DNA from: Mycobacteriales bacterium
Lineage (GTDB): Bacteria; Actinomycetota; Actinomycetes; JALYNC01
Assembly (NCBI GenBank): GCA_051000715.1
Contig: JBPCOB010000133.1
Span: 1 to 44,690, forward strand
Direction of reading: 5' to 3'
DNA length: 44,690 nucleotides
Position 1 is the stretch's first letter. Each line of letters starts with the position of its first letter. A program made the translations under genes and the position numbers. The notes below the pieces were generated by a model. It was not told where the DNA came from. It was given only the letters and a program-made list of their open reading frames with translations, and did not search any database. Positions 13,219 to 20,849 of the stretch are shown in pieces.

Positions 13219-13584
13219 ATGACCGTCACCGAACACCCGCAGCCAGCAGCACCGACCACCACGGTCGCCGACGTCCTCGACGACGCCGCCGATTACATCG
13301 AGACCAACGGCTGGTGCCAAAAAACCATGTATGCCGCTGGCGACGGCCCACATCCGGCCGCGTGCGCGATGGGCGCAATCCTCCGCACCGCGCCCGAGGG
13401 GCACTGGTTCGTGGGTCGTGCCATAGACGAGTTGGCGCACACGGTCGGGCACACGGTCAGGCGATCGTCGGTCGCCTGGAACGACGACCCGGACCGCACC
13501 GAACAGCAGGTCCTCGACATGCTCCGCCTCGCAGCCAAGGACGCTCGCATCGAGCAGGACCGGGCCGAGGGCTCGTCATGGTGA
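13219..13584 (+). CDS. hypothetical protein (pattern like the actinobacterial/phage family with NGWCQ...AC.MGA motif)
   Basis: ORF 13219..13584 with RBS agaaggat. Pattern is YIETNGWCQKTMYA...PAACAMGAI. Confidence 0.6.
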   Translation: MTVTEHPQPAAPTTTVADVLDDAADYIETNGWCQKTMYAAGDGPHPAACAMGAILRTAPEGHWFVGRAIDELAHTVGHTVRRSSVAWNDDPDRTEQQVLDMLRLAAKDARIEQDRAEGSSW

Positions 13585-13862
13585 CCCGCCGATACCGGTA
13601 CGTGAGCCGGGACGAGATCGAGCAGGTCGCGTTCAACCACCCCGGCAGCTCCATCGTCGCCGGGTGGGCGAACCTCACGCTCACCATCGGTGATGACACC
13701 TTCGTCACCCCGCCTTGGTATGCCCCGGCACCGAGTTCGCTTGAGCGGCAGCGAGTCGCAGTATCCGCTGCGTGGGACGAGGGCTACCAAGCAGGCCGCG
13801 CCGACATCCGGTCGGCACGGAAGCACCTCACCGATAACCCGTACGGGCCGGTGAACTCATGA
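13578..13862 (+). CDS. hypothetical protein (94 aa)
   Basis: ATG 13578 (or GTG 13581) overlaps the upstream stop. Frame of ORF 13131..13862. Confidence 0.55.
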   Translation: MVTRRYRYVSRDEIEQVAFNHPGSSIVAGWANLTLTIGDDTFVTPPWYAPAPSSLERQRVAVSAAWDEGYQAGRADIRSARKHLTDNPYGPVNS

Positions 13863-14083
13863 CCACCGCCGCCGTCCTCGCCTCGGTCGCCCTGGTGACT
13901 GCGCTGTTCGCTCTGTTCATCGCGGTCCTCGCCCTCGACGTGGCACGGCTGGCCCGGGAGCAGCTCACCCGCGCCCAGCTCGACGCCGCAGTCGAGAAAA
14001 TGCGCGCCCGGCTCCGTGTCGTCGACGGTCTCGACGCCGCGTCCAACCGGTGGCCCGGTCCGGACGGGGGCGATACCGCATGA
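13859..14083 (+). CDS. small membrane protein (one N-terminal TM segment)
   Basis: ORF 13859..14083. TM segment is AAVLASVALVTALFALFIAVLAL. Confidence 0.55.
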   Translation: MTTAAVLASVALVTALFALFIAVLALDVARLAREQLTRAQLDAAVEKMRARLRVVDGLDAASNRWPGPDGGDTA

Positions 14084-14262
14084 GCGCGACCTGGGTCCCC
14101 GGCGATCCGCTGCACGGGCGCGGTGAGTACGCCGGCTATCTGTTCAACTTCCGTGAGACTCGGGCCGCCGAAGAATGCCACTGCGATGACGCGGCGTCCT
14201 GGCCCGACCCGAAAGCCTGGCAGCGGGTCGACGGGCGCGACGACATCCGGGGCCGGCTATGA
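14080..14262 (+). CDS. hypothetical protein (60 aa)
   Basis: ATG 14080 with ATGA overlap. Frame of ORF 14050..14262. Confidence 0.5.
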   Translation: MSATWVPGDPLHGRGEYAGYLFNFRETRAAEECHCDDAASWPDPKAWQRVDGRDDIRGRL

Positions 14263-14564
14263 GCATCCGGCAACCGACCACGTTCACCGACCGGCGCGCG
14301 ACGAGTCCCCTCGACGACTTCTTGTCTGCGATCAGCGGCGAGCCGTGGATGCGGCAAGCCGTCTGCGCGTCGACCGGTGGCGCTGACGACTGGTTCCCCA
14401 GCCAAGGCGAGGCGAACAGGGCCGCGAAGCGCGTGTGCCGCGGCTGTCCGGTGCAGCAGGAGTGCCTCGACTACGCGCTGCGCCGAGGCGAGGTCCACTT
14501 CGGCATCTACGGCGGCACCACACCCACGACCAGGCAGCGAATGAGACGGGAGCGTGGAGCATGA
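14259..14564 (+). CDS. WhiB-family Fe-S transcription factor
   Basis: Four Cys in the WhiB arrangement: QAVCAS...DDWFP...AKRVCRGCPVQQECLDYAL, followed by a basic C-terminus. Confidence 0.8.
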   Translation: MSIRQPTTFTDRRATSPLDDFLSAISGEPWMRQAVCASTGGADDWFPSQGEANRAAKRVCRGCPVQQECLDYALRRGEVHFGIYGGTTPTTRQRMRRERGA

Positions 14565-14719
14565 GCACCGACCGCGGCTCTAACTTCCCCGCCGACGCCG
14601 CTGCCTTCGAATGGGCGCACGGCGAGCCCGACGATCAGCCTGCCCGGTTCGACCGCAGCCCGTACGGCTGCGAGGACATGCCGACTCGCGCTGAGATCGA
14701 AGCGGAGGCACACCGATGA
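14561..14719 (+). CDS. hypothetical acidic protein (52 aa)
   Basis: ATG 14561 with overlaps on both sides. Frame of ORF 14435..14719. Confidence 0.5.
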   Translation: MSTDRGSNFPADAAAFEWAHGEPDDQPARFDRSPYGCEDMPTRAEIEAEAHR

Positions 14720-15633
14720 GTGCCGACACGTACTACGCGGGGCGCCGGGCCGCCGCGAAAGCAGCCGCCGCCAGCGGGGACGCGGCGGAGCCGGTTGCGG
14801 TGGCGCGAGCCCCCGGCTTTTATGCCGACGTTCCCGAGCAGGAATACCATGGCGACCGCGACAGCCTCTCGGTCTCCGGCGCGAAGACCCTGCTCAAGGC
14901 CCCCGCGCTATTCCGGTGGCAACAAGACCACCCGGTGCACAAGGATGTTTTCGACTTCGGGTCAGCTGCACACGCCCTCGTGCTCGGCGCTGGCATGGAG
15001 TCCATCTACATCGCCCCCTACAACGACTGGACGAAGCGCAAGGGTCCCGAGGGTGGCGTGCAGTACACGACCGACGAAAAGCGGATCGCGCAAGAAGACG
15101 GACTCTCGCCGATCCTCCCGAAGGAATGGTTGAAGGTCTGCGACATGGCCGCTGCACTGGCCTCCCATCGGCTCGCGATGCGACTGCTCAGCGAAGGGCG
15201 GCCCGAAGTCAGTGCGTACGCTCCGGACGAGGCGACCGGAGTCATGCGGCGCTGCCGGTTCGACTGGCTCGGGTCCACCATCGTCACCGATTACAAAACC
15301 GCAGACTCCGCCGATCCGGACCTCTTCGTGAAGACTGCCGTCAACTTCGGCTACCACATGCAGCACCCGTATTACCTCGACCTCGCCGCCGACCTCGGAC
15401 ACCCCGCTGCCGCGTTCGCCTTCATTGTGCAGGAAAAGACCGAGCCCTACCTGGTGACCGTGGTCGAGCTCCCACCCGAGCTCGTCGACATCGGCCGCGC
15501 CCGCAACCGGCGCGCCCTCGAACGTTTCCGCGACTGCACCGAGTCAGGTCTCTGGCCCGGCTACGTGTCGGATGACACCTTCGCCCAACCCGCCGCCCCT
15601 CGCTGGGCGCTCTACCAGGAGATGACCGCATGA
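14716..15633 (+). CDS. RecE-like/Cas4-family PD-(D/E)XK exonuclease
   Basis: ORF 14716..15633. Motifs are FGSAAHALVL, RCRFDWLG..IVTDYKT (D...DYK) and GYHMQ...Y. It sits directly upstream of a RecT-like gene. Confidence 0.65.
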   Translation: MSADTYYAGRRAAAKAAAASGDAAEPVAVARAPGFYADVPEQEYHGDRDSLSVSGAKTLLKAPALFRWQQDHPVHKDVFDFGSAAHALVLGAGMESIYIAPYNDWTKRKGPEGGVQYTTDEKRIAQEDGLSPILPKEWLKVCDMAAALASHRLAMRLLSEGRPEVSAYAPDEATGVMRRCRFDWLGSTIVTDYKTADSADPDLFVKTAVNFGYHMQHPYYLDLAADLGHPAAAFAFIVQEKTEPYLVTVVELPPELVDIGRARNRRALERFRDCTESGLWPGYVSDDTFAQPAAPRWALYQEMTA

Positions 15634-16550
15634 GCACAGACATTGAACTACGCAAGCAACCCACCGCCATCGCAGCCATGCCGAGCGCCGGCACCATGCG
15701 GCTCGTGGAATGGGCACAAGAAGCCGTCGCCGCCCAACAGCTCGCCGTGGCACTGTGCAGCACACCCTTCGCCGGCCAGTTCCGTGGTGACCCCGACGCC
15801 GGCGCCGCCGCGATTCTCCGCGGCCACGAGATGGGGCTCACCCCGGTCACGTCGCTGGCCGCCTTCGACCTGATCCAAGGCCAACCGGCGCCGAAGGCGA
15901 TCACGCTGCGGGCGCTCGTCCAGTCCCACGGCCACGACCTGGAGATCATCGAGTCCAACGCACAGCACGCCGTCGCCCGCTACCGGCGCAGCAATCGCGG
16001 CGACTGGCTTACCTGCGAGTTCACTATCGAGCAGGCCCGCGCCATGAAGCTCCTCGGGAAAGACAACTGGCAGAAGCAGCCGGTGACGATGCTCGAAGCG
16101 CGGGTGACCAGTAAGGCGGCCCGGCTCGTCGCCTCCGACGTGATCCTCGGGATCGGATACTCCAGCGAGGAGCTGCGCGACCAGGACAGTTCGTCGTCAG
16201 CGCCAGTGCCTCAGGCCAACGGTGGTGGACTCCGGACCGCGCTCGCCAGCAACGAACCAGCAGCAGCCCAGCCCGAGCAGGCCGACGACTACGACCGGCT
16301 GGGCAGTGCCACCCGAGCGCAGGTCACCAAGATTCAGACCATGTACGGCGCCGTCGGTATCACCGAACGCGCCGACAAGCTCGACTACGCAACATCGGTC
16401 ATCGACCGGCAGATCGGCTCAGCGAACGACCTCAGCTTCAAGGAGGCGCACGCGGTCATCGACGCCCTCACCGATCTGGAAGCCGCGAACACCGACACCG
16501 GCGAGATCAGCGACAGCGAACCGGTCGGGCAGGACGGTGACGGAACGTGA
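15630..16550 (+). CDS. RecT-family single-strand annealing protein
   Basis: ORF 15630..16550. Size, the acidic C-terminal tail and pairing with the upstream exonuclease support the call. Core segments are GLTPVTSLAAFDLIQG and TMLEARVTSKAARL. Confidence 0.6.
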   Translation: MSTDIELRKQPTAIAAMPSAGTMRLVEWAQEAVAAQQLAVALCSTPFAGQFRGDPDAGAAAILRGHEMGLTPVTSLAAFDLIQGQPAPKAITLRALVQSHGHDLEIIESNAQHAVARYRRSNRGDWLTCEFTIEQARAMKLLGKDNWQKQPVTMLEARVTSKAARLVASDVILGIGYSSEELRDQDSSSSAPVPQANGGGLRTALASNEPAAAQPEQADDYDRLGSATRAQVTKIQTMYGAVGITERADKLDYATSVIDRQIGSANDLSFKEAHAVIDALTDLEAANTDTGEISDSEPVGQDGDGT

Positions 16551-16864
16551 GCTGCCTGGACTGCGGCCGGCCGATGGTGAGTGAGCGAGCCCCAGACCGG
16601 CCGGCGGGAACAGTTACCCACGGTGGCCGCGGTCTCTGCCGGACCTGCCGTGCCCGGCACGCCTACCGAGGTGACCTCCACGACTACCCGACGGTCACCA
16701 ACCACTGGGTCGACTACGTCGGCGACTACGCCATGCTCCGCGGCGAAGGCTACCGGCTCTACGTCATCGCCGGGCGGCTTGGCATGACCGAGGTCGCCCT
16801 CAACCGAGCCCTCGAACGTCACCGCGACGACCCGCGCGCCCGACGACCAGGAGCAGTCGCATGA
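16547..16864 (+). CDS. zinc-ribbon plus HTH-like small DNA-binding protein
   Basis: GTG 16547 with GTGA overlap. Features are CLDCG...CRTCR and a C-terminal GRLGMTEVALNRAL. Confidence 0.5.
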   Translation: MSCLDCGRPMVSERAPDRPAGTVTHGGRGLCRTCRARHAYRGDLHDYPTVTNHWVDYVGDYAMLRGEGYRLYVIAGRLGMTEVALNRALERHRDDPRARRPGAVA

Positions 16865-16904
16865 CCCCGCTCCTCGGACCCCTCGGAGTTGAGGTGACGG
16901 CCAT

Positions 16905-17156
16905 ATGACCGCCGTGACGATGACCTCCCGGACCACCTGCACCCTCTGCGCGTGCCGCCTCCGCGGCTTCTACGTTGCGTCGGTCCGCGTCAACAAGACC
17001 ACCCTGCGGACCACCAGCCCGGGACTGCGCTTCACCGAGCCCCGCTGCCCCGAATGCGGTTTCGAGGCCGACTCCGCCCCCGGACGGTGGGCACTCGACA
17101 CCGAGTCACACGCCGCCGTGGAAGCCGCTCGGGCGCGACGGGGGTGGGCATCGTGA
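16905..17156 (+). CDS. zinc-ribbon hypothetical protein (83 aa)
   Basis: ORF 16905..17156. Features are CTLCAC...CPECG. Confidence 0.5.
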   Translation: MTAVTMTSRTTCTLCACRLRGFYVASVRVNKTTLRTTSPGLRFTEPRCPECGFEADSAPGRWALDTESHAAVEAARARRGWAS

Positions 17157-17314
17157 CCCGCATCCGCCTCCAGCCGTGGCTCACCATCCGCCACCATCTC
17201 GCCGACGCGCTGGACCGGCTCCTCGGCCCCCGCTGCCCACGGTGCGGGACCCGCGTGTTTCCGGCTGATCAGCGCGCCCATGACGACATGGAGCATGCGG
17301 GTGAGCAGCCATGA
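17153..17314 (+). CDS. hypothetical protein (53 aa) with CPRCG motif
   Basis: GTG 17153 with GTGA overlap. Frame of ORF 16952..17314. Confidence 0.45.
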   Translation: MTRIRLQPWLTIRHHLADALDRLLGPRCPRCGTRVFPADQRAHDDMEHAGEQP

Positions 17315-17670
17315 GCCGCACCCGCGCATCCGCCAAGCAAGCGGGGTCGGCCTTCGAACGGCTCATCGCCGACTACCTCGCCCTCCACGTCGACGACCGG
17401 ATAGACAGGCGCGCAAAAACAGGGGCACGTGACAAGGGCGACGTTGGCGGCCTGAGACACATGGGTGGTCGCATCGTCCTCGAATGCAAGGACACTGCCA
17501 CTATTTCGCTCGGCACCTGGGCCAGAGAGACAGACGTCGAACGCGGCAACGACGACGCCATCGCCGGGCTCATCGTCCACAAGCGACGCGGCACCACCGA
17601 CCCCGGCGACCAATGGGTCACCTGCACTCTGCGCGACCTCGCTGCCCTGCTCACCGGGACCAGGCCATGA
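17311..17670 (+). CDS. Holliday-junction-resolvase-like PD-(D/E)XK nuclease
   Basis: ORF 17311..17670. GSAFERLIADYL...KGDVGGL...IVLECKD follows the E...D...ExK order of Hjc-type resolvases. Confidence 0.5.
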   Translation: MSRTRASAKQAGSAFERLIADYLALHVDDRIDRRAKTGARDKGDVGGLRHMGGRIVLECKDTATISLGTWARETDVERGNDDAIAGLIVHKRRGTTDPGDQWVTCTLRDLAALLTGTRP

Positions 17671-17876
17671 GCACCCGCCACGTCGACCACGCCGCCCGCA
17701 TCGAGGACCTCACCTGGATGGCTGAGACCGGCGAGACCGTGGCCGGCGCCGCGCACCGGCTCGGATTCAGCGCCGACGCCCTCAACTCCTGGTGCCGCGA
17801 CCACGGCCGCCGCGACCTGTACCGGCGGCTCACCGCCAACAGCGACCTGCGGCCAGTCGGGAAGGTGCAGCGATGA
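17667..17876 (+). CDS. small HTH-like protein (69 aa)
   Basis: ATG 17667 with ATGA overlap. Motif is ETGETVAGAAHRLGFSADALNSWCR. Confidence 0.5.
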   Translation: MSTRHVDHAARIEDLTWMAETGETVAGAAHRLGFSADALNSWCRDHGRRDLYRRLTANSDLRPVGKVQR

Positions 17877-18025
17877 GCAGCCACGAAGGCCACCTCGAAC
17901 TGGGCCGCGCTCTCGGACCAGAGGTGTTCTGGGCCGTCTGCGAATGCGGCTGGATCGGGTTAGCACGGTCCGAGGAAGCGCCGGCATGGGATGACCACCG
18001 CGCTCATAAGGTGCGTGCGCTGTGA
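17873..18025 (+). CDS. hypothetical protein (50 aa)
   Basis: ATG 17873 with overlap. Frame of ORF 17792..18025. Confidence 0.45.
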   Translation: MSSHEGHLELGRALGPEVFWAVCECGWIGLARSEEAPAWDDHRAHKVRAL

Positions 18026-18219
18026 GCCGCGCCGAGATCATGGCCGAGGTCGTCGCCCGGCTCGAAGCCGAACGGATGCAGTCGTTGCCGCGACGAATGG
18101 CGCCCGCACAATGCGACCCGGTGCCCGACCTGACACCCGAGCAGCAGGCCGAGAATCTGCGGACGCTCATGGAAGCTACCGGCGGCGAGGCCGACCTGTG
18201 GGCGAGGAGGCGGTTGTGA
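18022..18219 (+). CDS. hypothetical protein (65 aa)
   Basis: ORF 18022..18219 with GTG start. Confidence 0.45.
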   Translation: MSRAEIMAEVVARLEAERMQSLPRRMAPAQCDPVPDLTPEQQAENLRTLMEATGGEADLWARRRL

Positions 18220-19358
18220 ACGCGCCCTATTACGCCGACGAGTCGGTCCAGTTGTACCACGGTGACTGTCTCGACATCCTCCGCTCCGACATTCTCGGCT
18301 ACGAGCACTCTCTCGGCTATTTCCCACCATTGATCCCCGGCAGCAGTATCGATTCGGTAGTCACAGACCCGCCGTACGGGCTGGAGTTCATGGGCAAGGA
18401 GTGGGACGGCGCCAACGGGTTCCGCCGCTCGCTCAACCCGGCCGACGTAGAGCGGGACAACCCATTCGGGCGCACATCGAAGACCTCCCCCGAGTACCGC
18501 GCTGGTCAGACGTTCGGTCTCTGGTGCCTCGCGTGGTCGGAGGAGTGTCTGCGTGTGCTCAAGCCGGGCGGCCACATGCTCGCCTTCGGTGGCACCCGCA
18601 CCAGCCACCGTCTCGCCTGCGCCATCGAGGACGCCGGCTTCGAGATCCGCGACAGCATCGCCTACTTACACGCCACTGGAGGTCAGCAAACCGATATACT
18701 TACCGAGTGGAGAAAGTGGACTGTAAGTACGAGATATGCGGGGGTCAGATTCTCGGACGCGCCGCCCGGCGGTTCTGCTCCCGAGCCTGTTCTGCTCGCA
18801 ACCAGTCTCGAAAACTCACCTGCGTCTGCAATCATTGCGGGACTCAATTCCAACGAAGCCCGTCACACCGACGCGGACAACTGGCGTTCTGCTCTGTCGA
18901 GTGCCGGCGCCAGTACTACGGCGTCGAAGGCCCTTGTGACCATTGCGGGACATCCACCAGGAAGCCGAGGTCCAACACCGGATACAACGGCTTCTTCTGC
19001 TCACAGCGGTGCATGGGACTGGCTCGACGCAAACATCATGGCCAGACTCAAGGCCGGAACAGCCCTGAGGATATGGCTTGGAAGCAAGCCATCTACAAAG
19101 CCGGCGGCTACCGCTGCGCTGTGTGCGGCACTGACCGACGACTTGAAGCTCATCACGTGCGCTCAGTCCGAGACTTTCCAGAGCTACGACACGACCTCTC
19201 AAATGGTGTGTGTCTCTGCCACGACTGTCACTACTACGGCGTACACGGCGGCGCACCTAATTTCATTCACGGCCGCTACTCTCGCAAGCCAGGGGGGTGA
19301 TGCCACGGAAAGTCAGTCCGGTCCCCTCGCATGGGTCTACGGATCTGGCTTTCCGTGA
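18216..19358 (+). CDS. N4/N6 DNA methyltransferase (beta-class order), N-terminal fragment: catalytic DPPY half, 669-nt foreign insert read through in frame, then WVYGSGFP and a TGA
   Basis: GTG 18216 follows GAGGAGG. Motifs are VVTDPPYGLEFMGKEWD, LAFGGTRT and AIEDAGFEIRDSIA (ends 18662). The insert spans 18663-19331. WVYGSGFP is at 19332-19355 and the stop at 19356-19358. Confidence 0.65.
   Translation: MNAPYYADESVQLYHGDCLDILRSDILGYEHSLGYFPPLIPGSSIDSVVTDPPYGLEFMGKEWDGANGFRRSLNPADVERDNPFGRTSKTSPEYRAGQTFGLWCLAWSEECLRVLKPGGHMLAFGGTRTSHRLACAIEDAGFEIRDSIAYLHATGGQQTDILTEWRKWTVSTRYAGVRFSDAPPGGSAPEPVLLATSLENSPASAIIAGLNSNEARHTDADNWRSALSSAGASTTASKALVTIAGHPPGSRGPTPDTTASSAHSGAWDWLDANIMARLKAGTALRIWLGSKPSTKPAATAALCAALTDDLKLITCAQSETFQSYDTTSQMVCVSATTVTTTAYTAAHLISFTAATLASQGGDATESQSGPLAWVYGSGFP
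18663..19331 (+). mobile_element. HNH homing-endonuclease cassette inserted in the methyltransferase gene
   Basis: A 669-nt block interrupts the conserved segment ...EIRDSIA | WVYGSGFP.... By my count the first 80 nt are ~49 percent G+C, against roughly two-thirds elsewhere by eye. It carries an HNH ORF in another frame. Confidence 0.65.
18707..19300 (+). CDS. HNH endonuclease with three N-terminal CxxC...FCSxxC zinc-ribbon repeats
   Basis: Frame of ORF 18401..19300, with GTG starts at 18707 or 18716. Repeats are CKYEICGG..FCSRAC, CVCNHCG..FCSVEC and CDHCG..FCSQRC. The HNH motif is YRCAVCG..LEAHH...NGVCLCHDCH. Confidence 0.7.
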   Translation: MEKVDCKYEICGGQILGRAARRFCSRACSARNQSRKLTCVCNHCGTQFQRSPSHRRGQLAFCSVECRRQYYGVEGPCDHCGTSTRKPRSNTGYNGFFCSQRCMGLARRKHHGQTQGRNSPEDMAWKQAIYKAGGYRCAVCGTDRRLEAHHVRSVRDFPELRHDLSNGVCLCHDCHYYGVHGGAPNFIHGRYSRKPGG

Positions 19359-19370
19359 AAGTCGAAGTCG

Positions 19371-20342
19371 TTGGACGTGGGCCGGGCGATCGACAAGGCG
19401 GCGGGGGTTGAGCGGGAGGTCGTGGGGCAACGCGTTGCTACTGGGACTGCTCGCAAGTCCACGACTCACACCGGCATCGGCGCAGCGGTAAGCAACAAGG
19501 CCGAACCGCGTGACTACATCGACACGGTTGTCAACCTGACCGCCCCTGCCACCCCCGACGCCGAACGCTGGCAGGGCTGGGGCACTGCGCTGAAGCCCGC
19601 CCACGAGCCGATCGTGGTCGCCCGGAAGCCGCTGTCCGGGAACGTCGCCGCGAACGTGCTGGCGCACGGGACCGGGGCGCTGAACATCGACGGGTGCCGG
19701 GTGGCTGGCGACGAGGACGGGTCGCGTAACCGGCCCGCATCGCGGCTCGGGAGCAGTGACACCTACGCGCAGGACGAGTGGACACGCACCGCCGTTGTCG
19801 AACGGCAGGACACGACAGGCAAAGGTCGCTGGCCCGCGAACGTGGTCCTCGACGAGTCGCAGGCAGCGGTGCTCGATGCGATGAGCGGACAGACTCGCTC
19901 GTCGGGCTTCTTCACGTTTGGCGAGGGCGATTTCAACGGCCCCGCCTCGGTCAACATAAACCGCGAGGGTTACACCTCAGGCCAGTATGACGACCAAGGT
20001 GGCGCATCCCGATTCTTCTACGTCGCCAAGGCCGGCGCCTCAGAGCGACCCCGCGTCAACGGAATCAGTCACCCGACGACAAAACCTCTGACCCTCATGC
20101 GGTACCTCGCGCGACTCGTCACCCCACCCGGCGGCACGGTTCTCGAACCCTTCGCGGGCAGCGGAACCACCGTCGAGGCGTGCATCCTCGAAGGCTTCCG
20201 GTGCATCGCCATCGAGCGCGAGGCCGACTACCTGCCGTTGATCGTGCAGCGCATCACTCGACGCCGCGACCCCGTGGCTGCCGTGAAGTCGGCGGGCACT
20301 GACGGCGGACTGTTCGACCTACTCGACGGCGGTGTCGCCTGA
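19371..20342 (+). CDS. N4/N6 DNA methyltransferase, C-terminal fragment (target-recognition region plus AdoMet-binding FxGxG half)
   Basis: Same frame as 18216..19358. Motifs are LDVGRAIDKAAGVEREVVG, WQGWGTALKPAHEPIVVARKP, GRWPANV, HPTTKPL and VLEPFAGSGTT. The only starts are TTG 19371 or GTG 19377, and no clear RBS is present. Confidence 0.6.
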   Translation: MDVGRAIDKAAGVEREVVGQRVATGTARKSTTHTGIGAAVSNKAEPRDYIDTVVNLTAPATPDAERWQGWGTALKPAHEPIVVARKPLSGNVAANVLAHGTGALNIDGCRVAGDEDGSRNRPASRLGSSDTYAQDEWTRTAVVERQDTTGKGRWPANVVLDESQAAVLDAMSGQTRSSGFFTFGEGDFNGPASVNINREGYTSGQYDDQGGASRFFYVAKAGASERPRVNGISHPTTKPLTLMRYLARLVTPPGGTVLEPFAGSGTTVEACILEGFRCIAIEREADYLPLIVQRITRRRDPVAAVKSAGTDGGLFDLLDGGVA

Positions 20343-20683
20343 TGCCCTGGTTCAAGGTAGACGACACGCTCGCCTTCCACGCGAAGGTCATGGCCGCGGG
20401 CAACAGTGCGGTTGGCCTGTGGACCCGCGCCGGGGCGTGGTCGATGCAGCAGCTGACGGACGGATTCATCCCCAACCACGTCGCCCGCCAACTCGGCACG
20501 GCCCGCGACGCCGGACGGCTCTGCGACGCGGGGCTGTGGATCGAGAAGGACGACGGCTACATGTTCCACGAGTGGGACCAGCGCCAACCGAGCCGAGCCA
20601 AAGTGCGGGCCGACCGCGAAGCAAACGCAGAGAAGCTGCGGAAGTGGCGCGTGAAGAATCAGAAGGATGTAACCGATGTGTAA
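20342..20683 (+). CDS. conserved phage hypothetical protein (candidate origin-binding/replication-organiser protein, inferred only from adjacency to iterons)
   Basis: ORF 20342..20683. N-terminus is MPWFKVDDTLAFHAKV...GLWTRAGAW and the C-terminus is basic. Its 3' end overlaps the first GTAACC repeats. Confidence 0.55.
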   Translation: MPWFKVDDTLAFHAKVMAAGNSAVGLWTRAGAWSMQQLTDGFIPNHVARQLGTARDAGRLCDAGLWIEKDDGYMFHEWDQRQPSRAKVRADREANAEKLRKWRVKNQKDVTDV

Positions 20684-20720
20684 CCGCGTTAGTAACCGGG
20701 TTACAAGTGCGTTCGTAACC
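20669..20720. repeat. five GTAACC hexamers in 52 bp (four direct, one inverted forming the palindrome GTAACCgGGTTAC)
   Basis: GTAACC is at 20669, 20680, 20692 and 20715, and GGTTAC at 20699. Spacing of 11-12 bp is about one helical turn. Confidence 0.85.
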
Positions 20721-20725
20721 CCGCC

Positions 20726-20750
20726 CCCGACCCGACCCGACCCGACCCGT
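20726..20750. repeat. pentanucleotide tandem repeat (CCCGA)x4 plus CCCGT
   Basis: cccgacccgacccgacccgacccgt read directly. Confidence 0.9.
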
Positions 20751-20840
20751 AGTTGTAGTTGCTTTTGGTCTGTGGTCAGGAGTTCCAATTACTTTTGCAA
20801 GACCAAGAAAGACTGCAACGTGCGAACGATTTGGATTTGG
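20749..20840. other. lower-G+C patch (~44 percent over 20751-20850 by my count) with GTAGTTx2 (20749-20760) and GATTTGx2 (20828-20840)
   Basis: Direct reading. No plausible ORF. Candidate origin/regulatory region. Confidence 0.5.
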
Positions 20841-20849
20841 AGCAAGCAG

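Noticed and set aside
18663-19331. Group I/II intron or intein as the explanation for the insert in the methylase gene.
   Set aside because: Only 44 nt and 31 nt flank the HNH ORF, too short for a ribozyme core. No GUGYG...AY ends are present, and the last insert base is not G. In the methylase frame the insert lacks the intein N-terminal Cys/Ser, the C-terminal His-Asn and a +1 nucleophile, and the HNH is in a different frame. I report it as an unclassified cassette instead.
19350-19372. prfB-like +1 frameshift at CCG TGA A to bypass the in-frame stop in the methylase.
   Set aside because: The +1 frame (GAA AGU CGA AGU ...) does not encode methylase sequence and terminates within ~40 codons. 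The C-terminal half is in the zero frame.
20726-20750. CRISPR-like or other spaced repeat array.
   Set aside because: It is a contiguous 5-nt microsatellite (CCCGA)n without spacers. No repeat-spacer architecture exists anywhere in the window.
20676-20849. N-terminal extension of ORF 20676-21362 through the repeat-rich patch.
   Set aside because: The extension would translate microsatellites and the A/T-rich patch (MCNRVSNRVTSAFVTPPPTRPDPTRSCSCFW...). A good GGAG RBS precedes the ATG at 20850.
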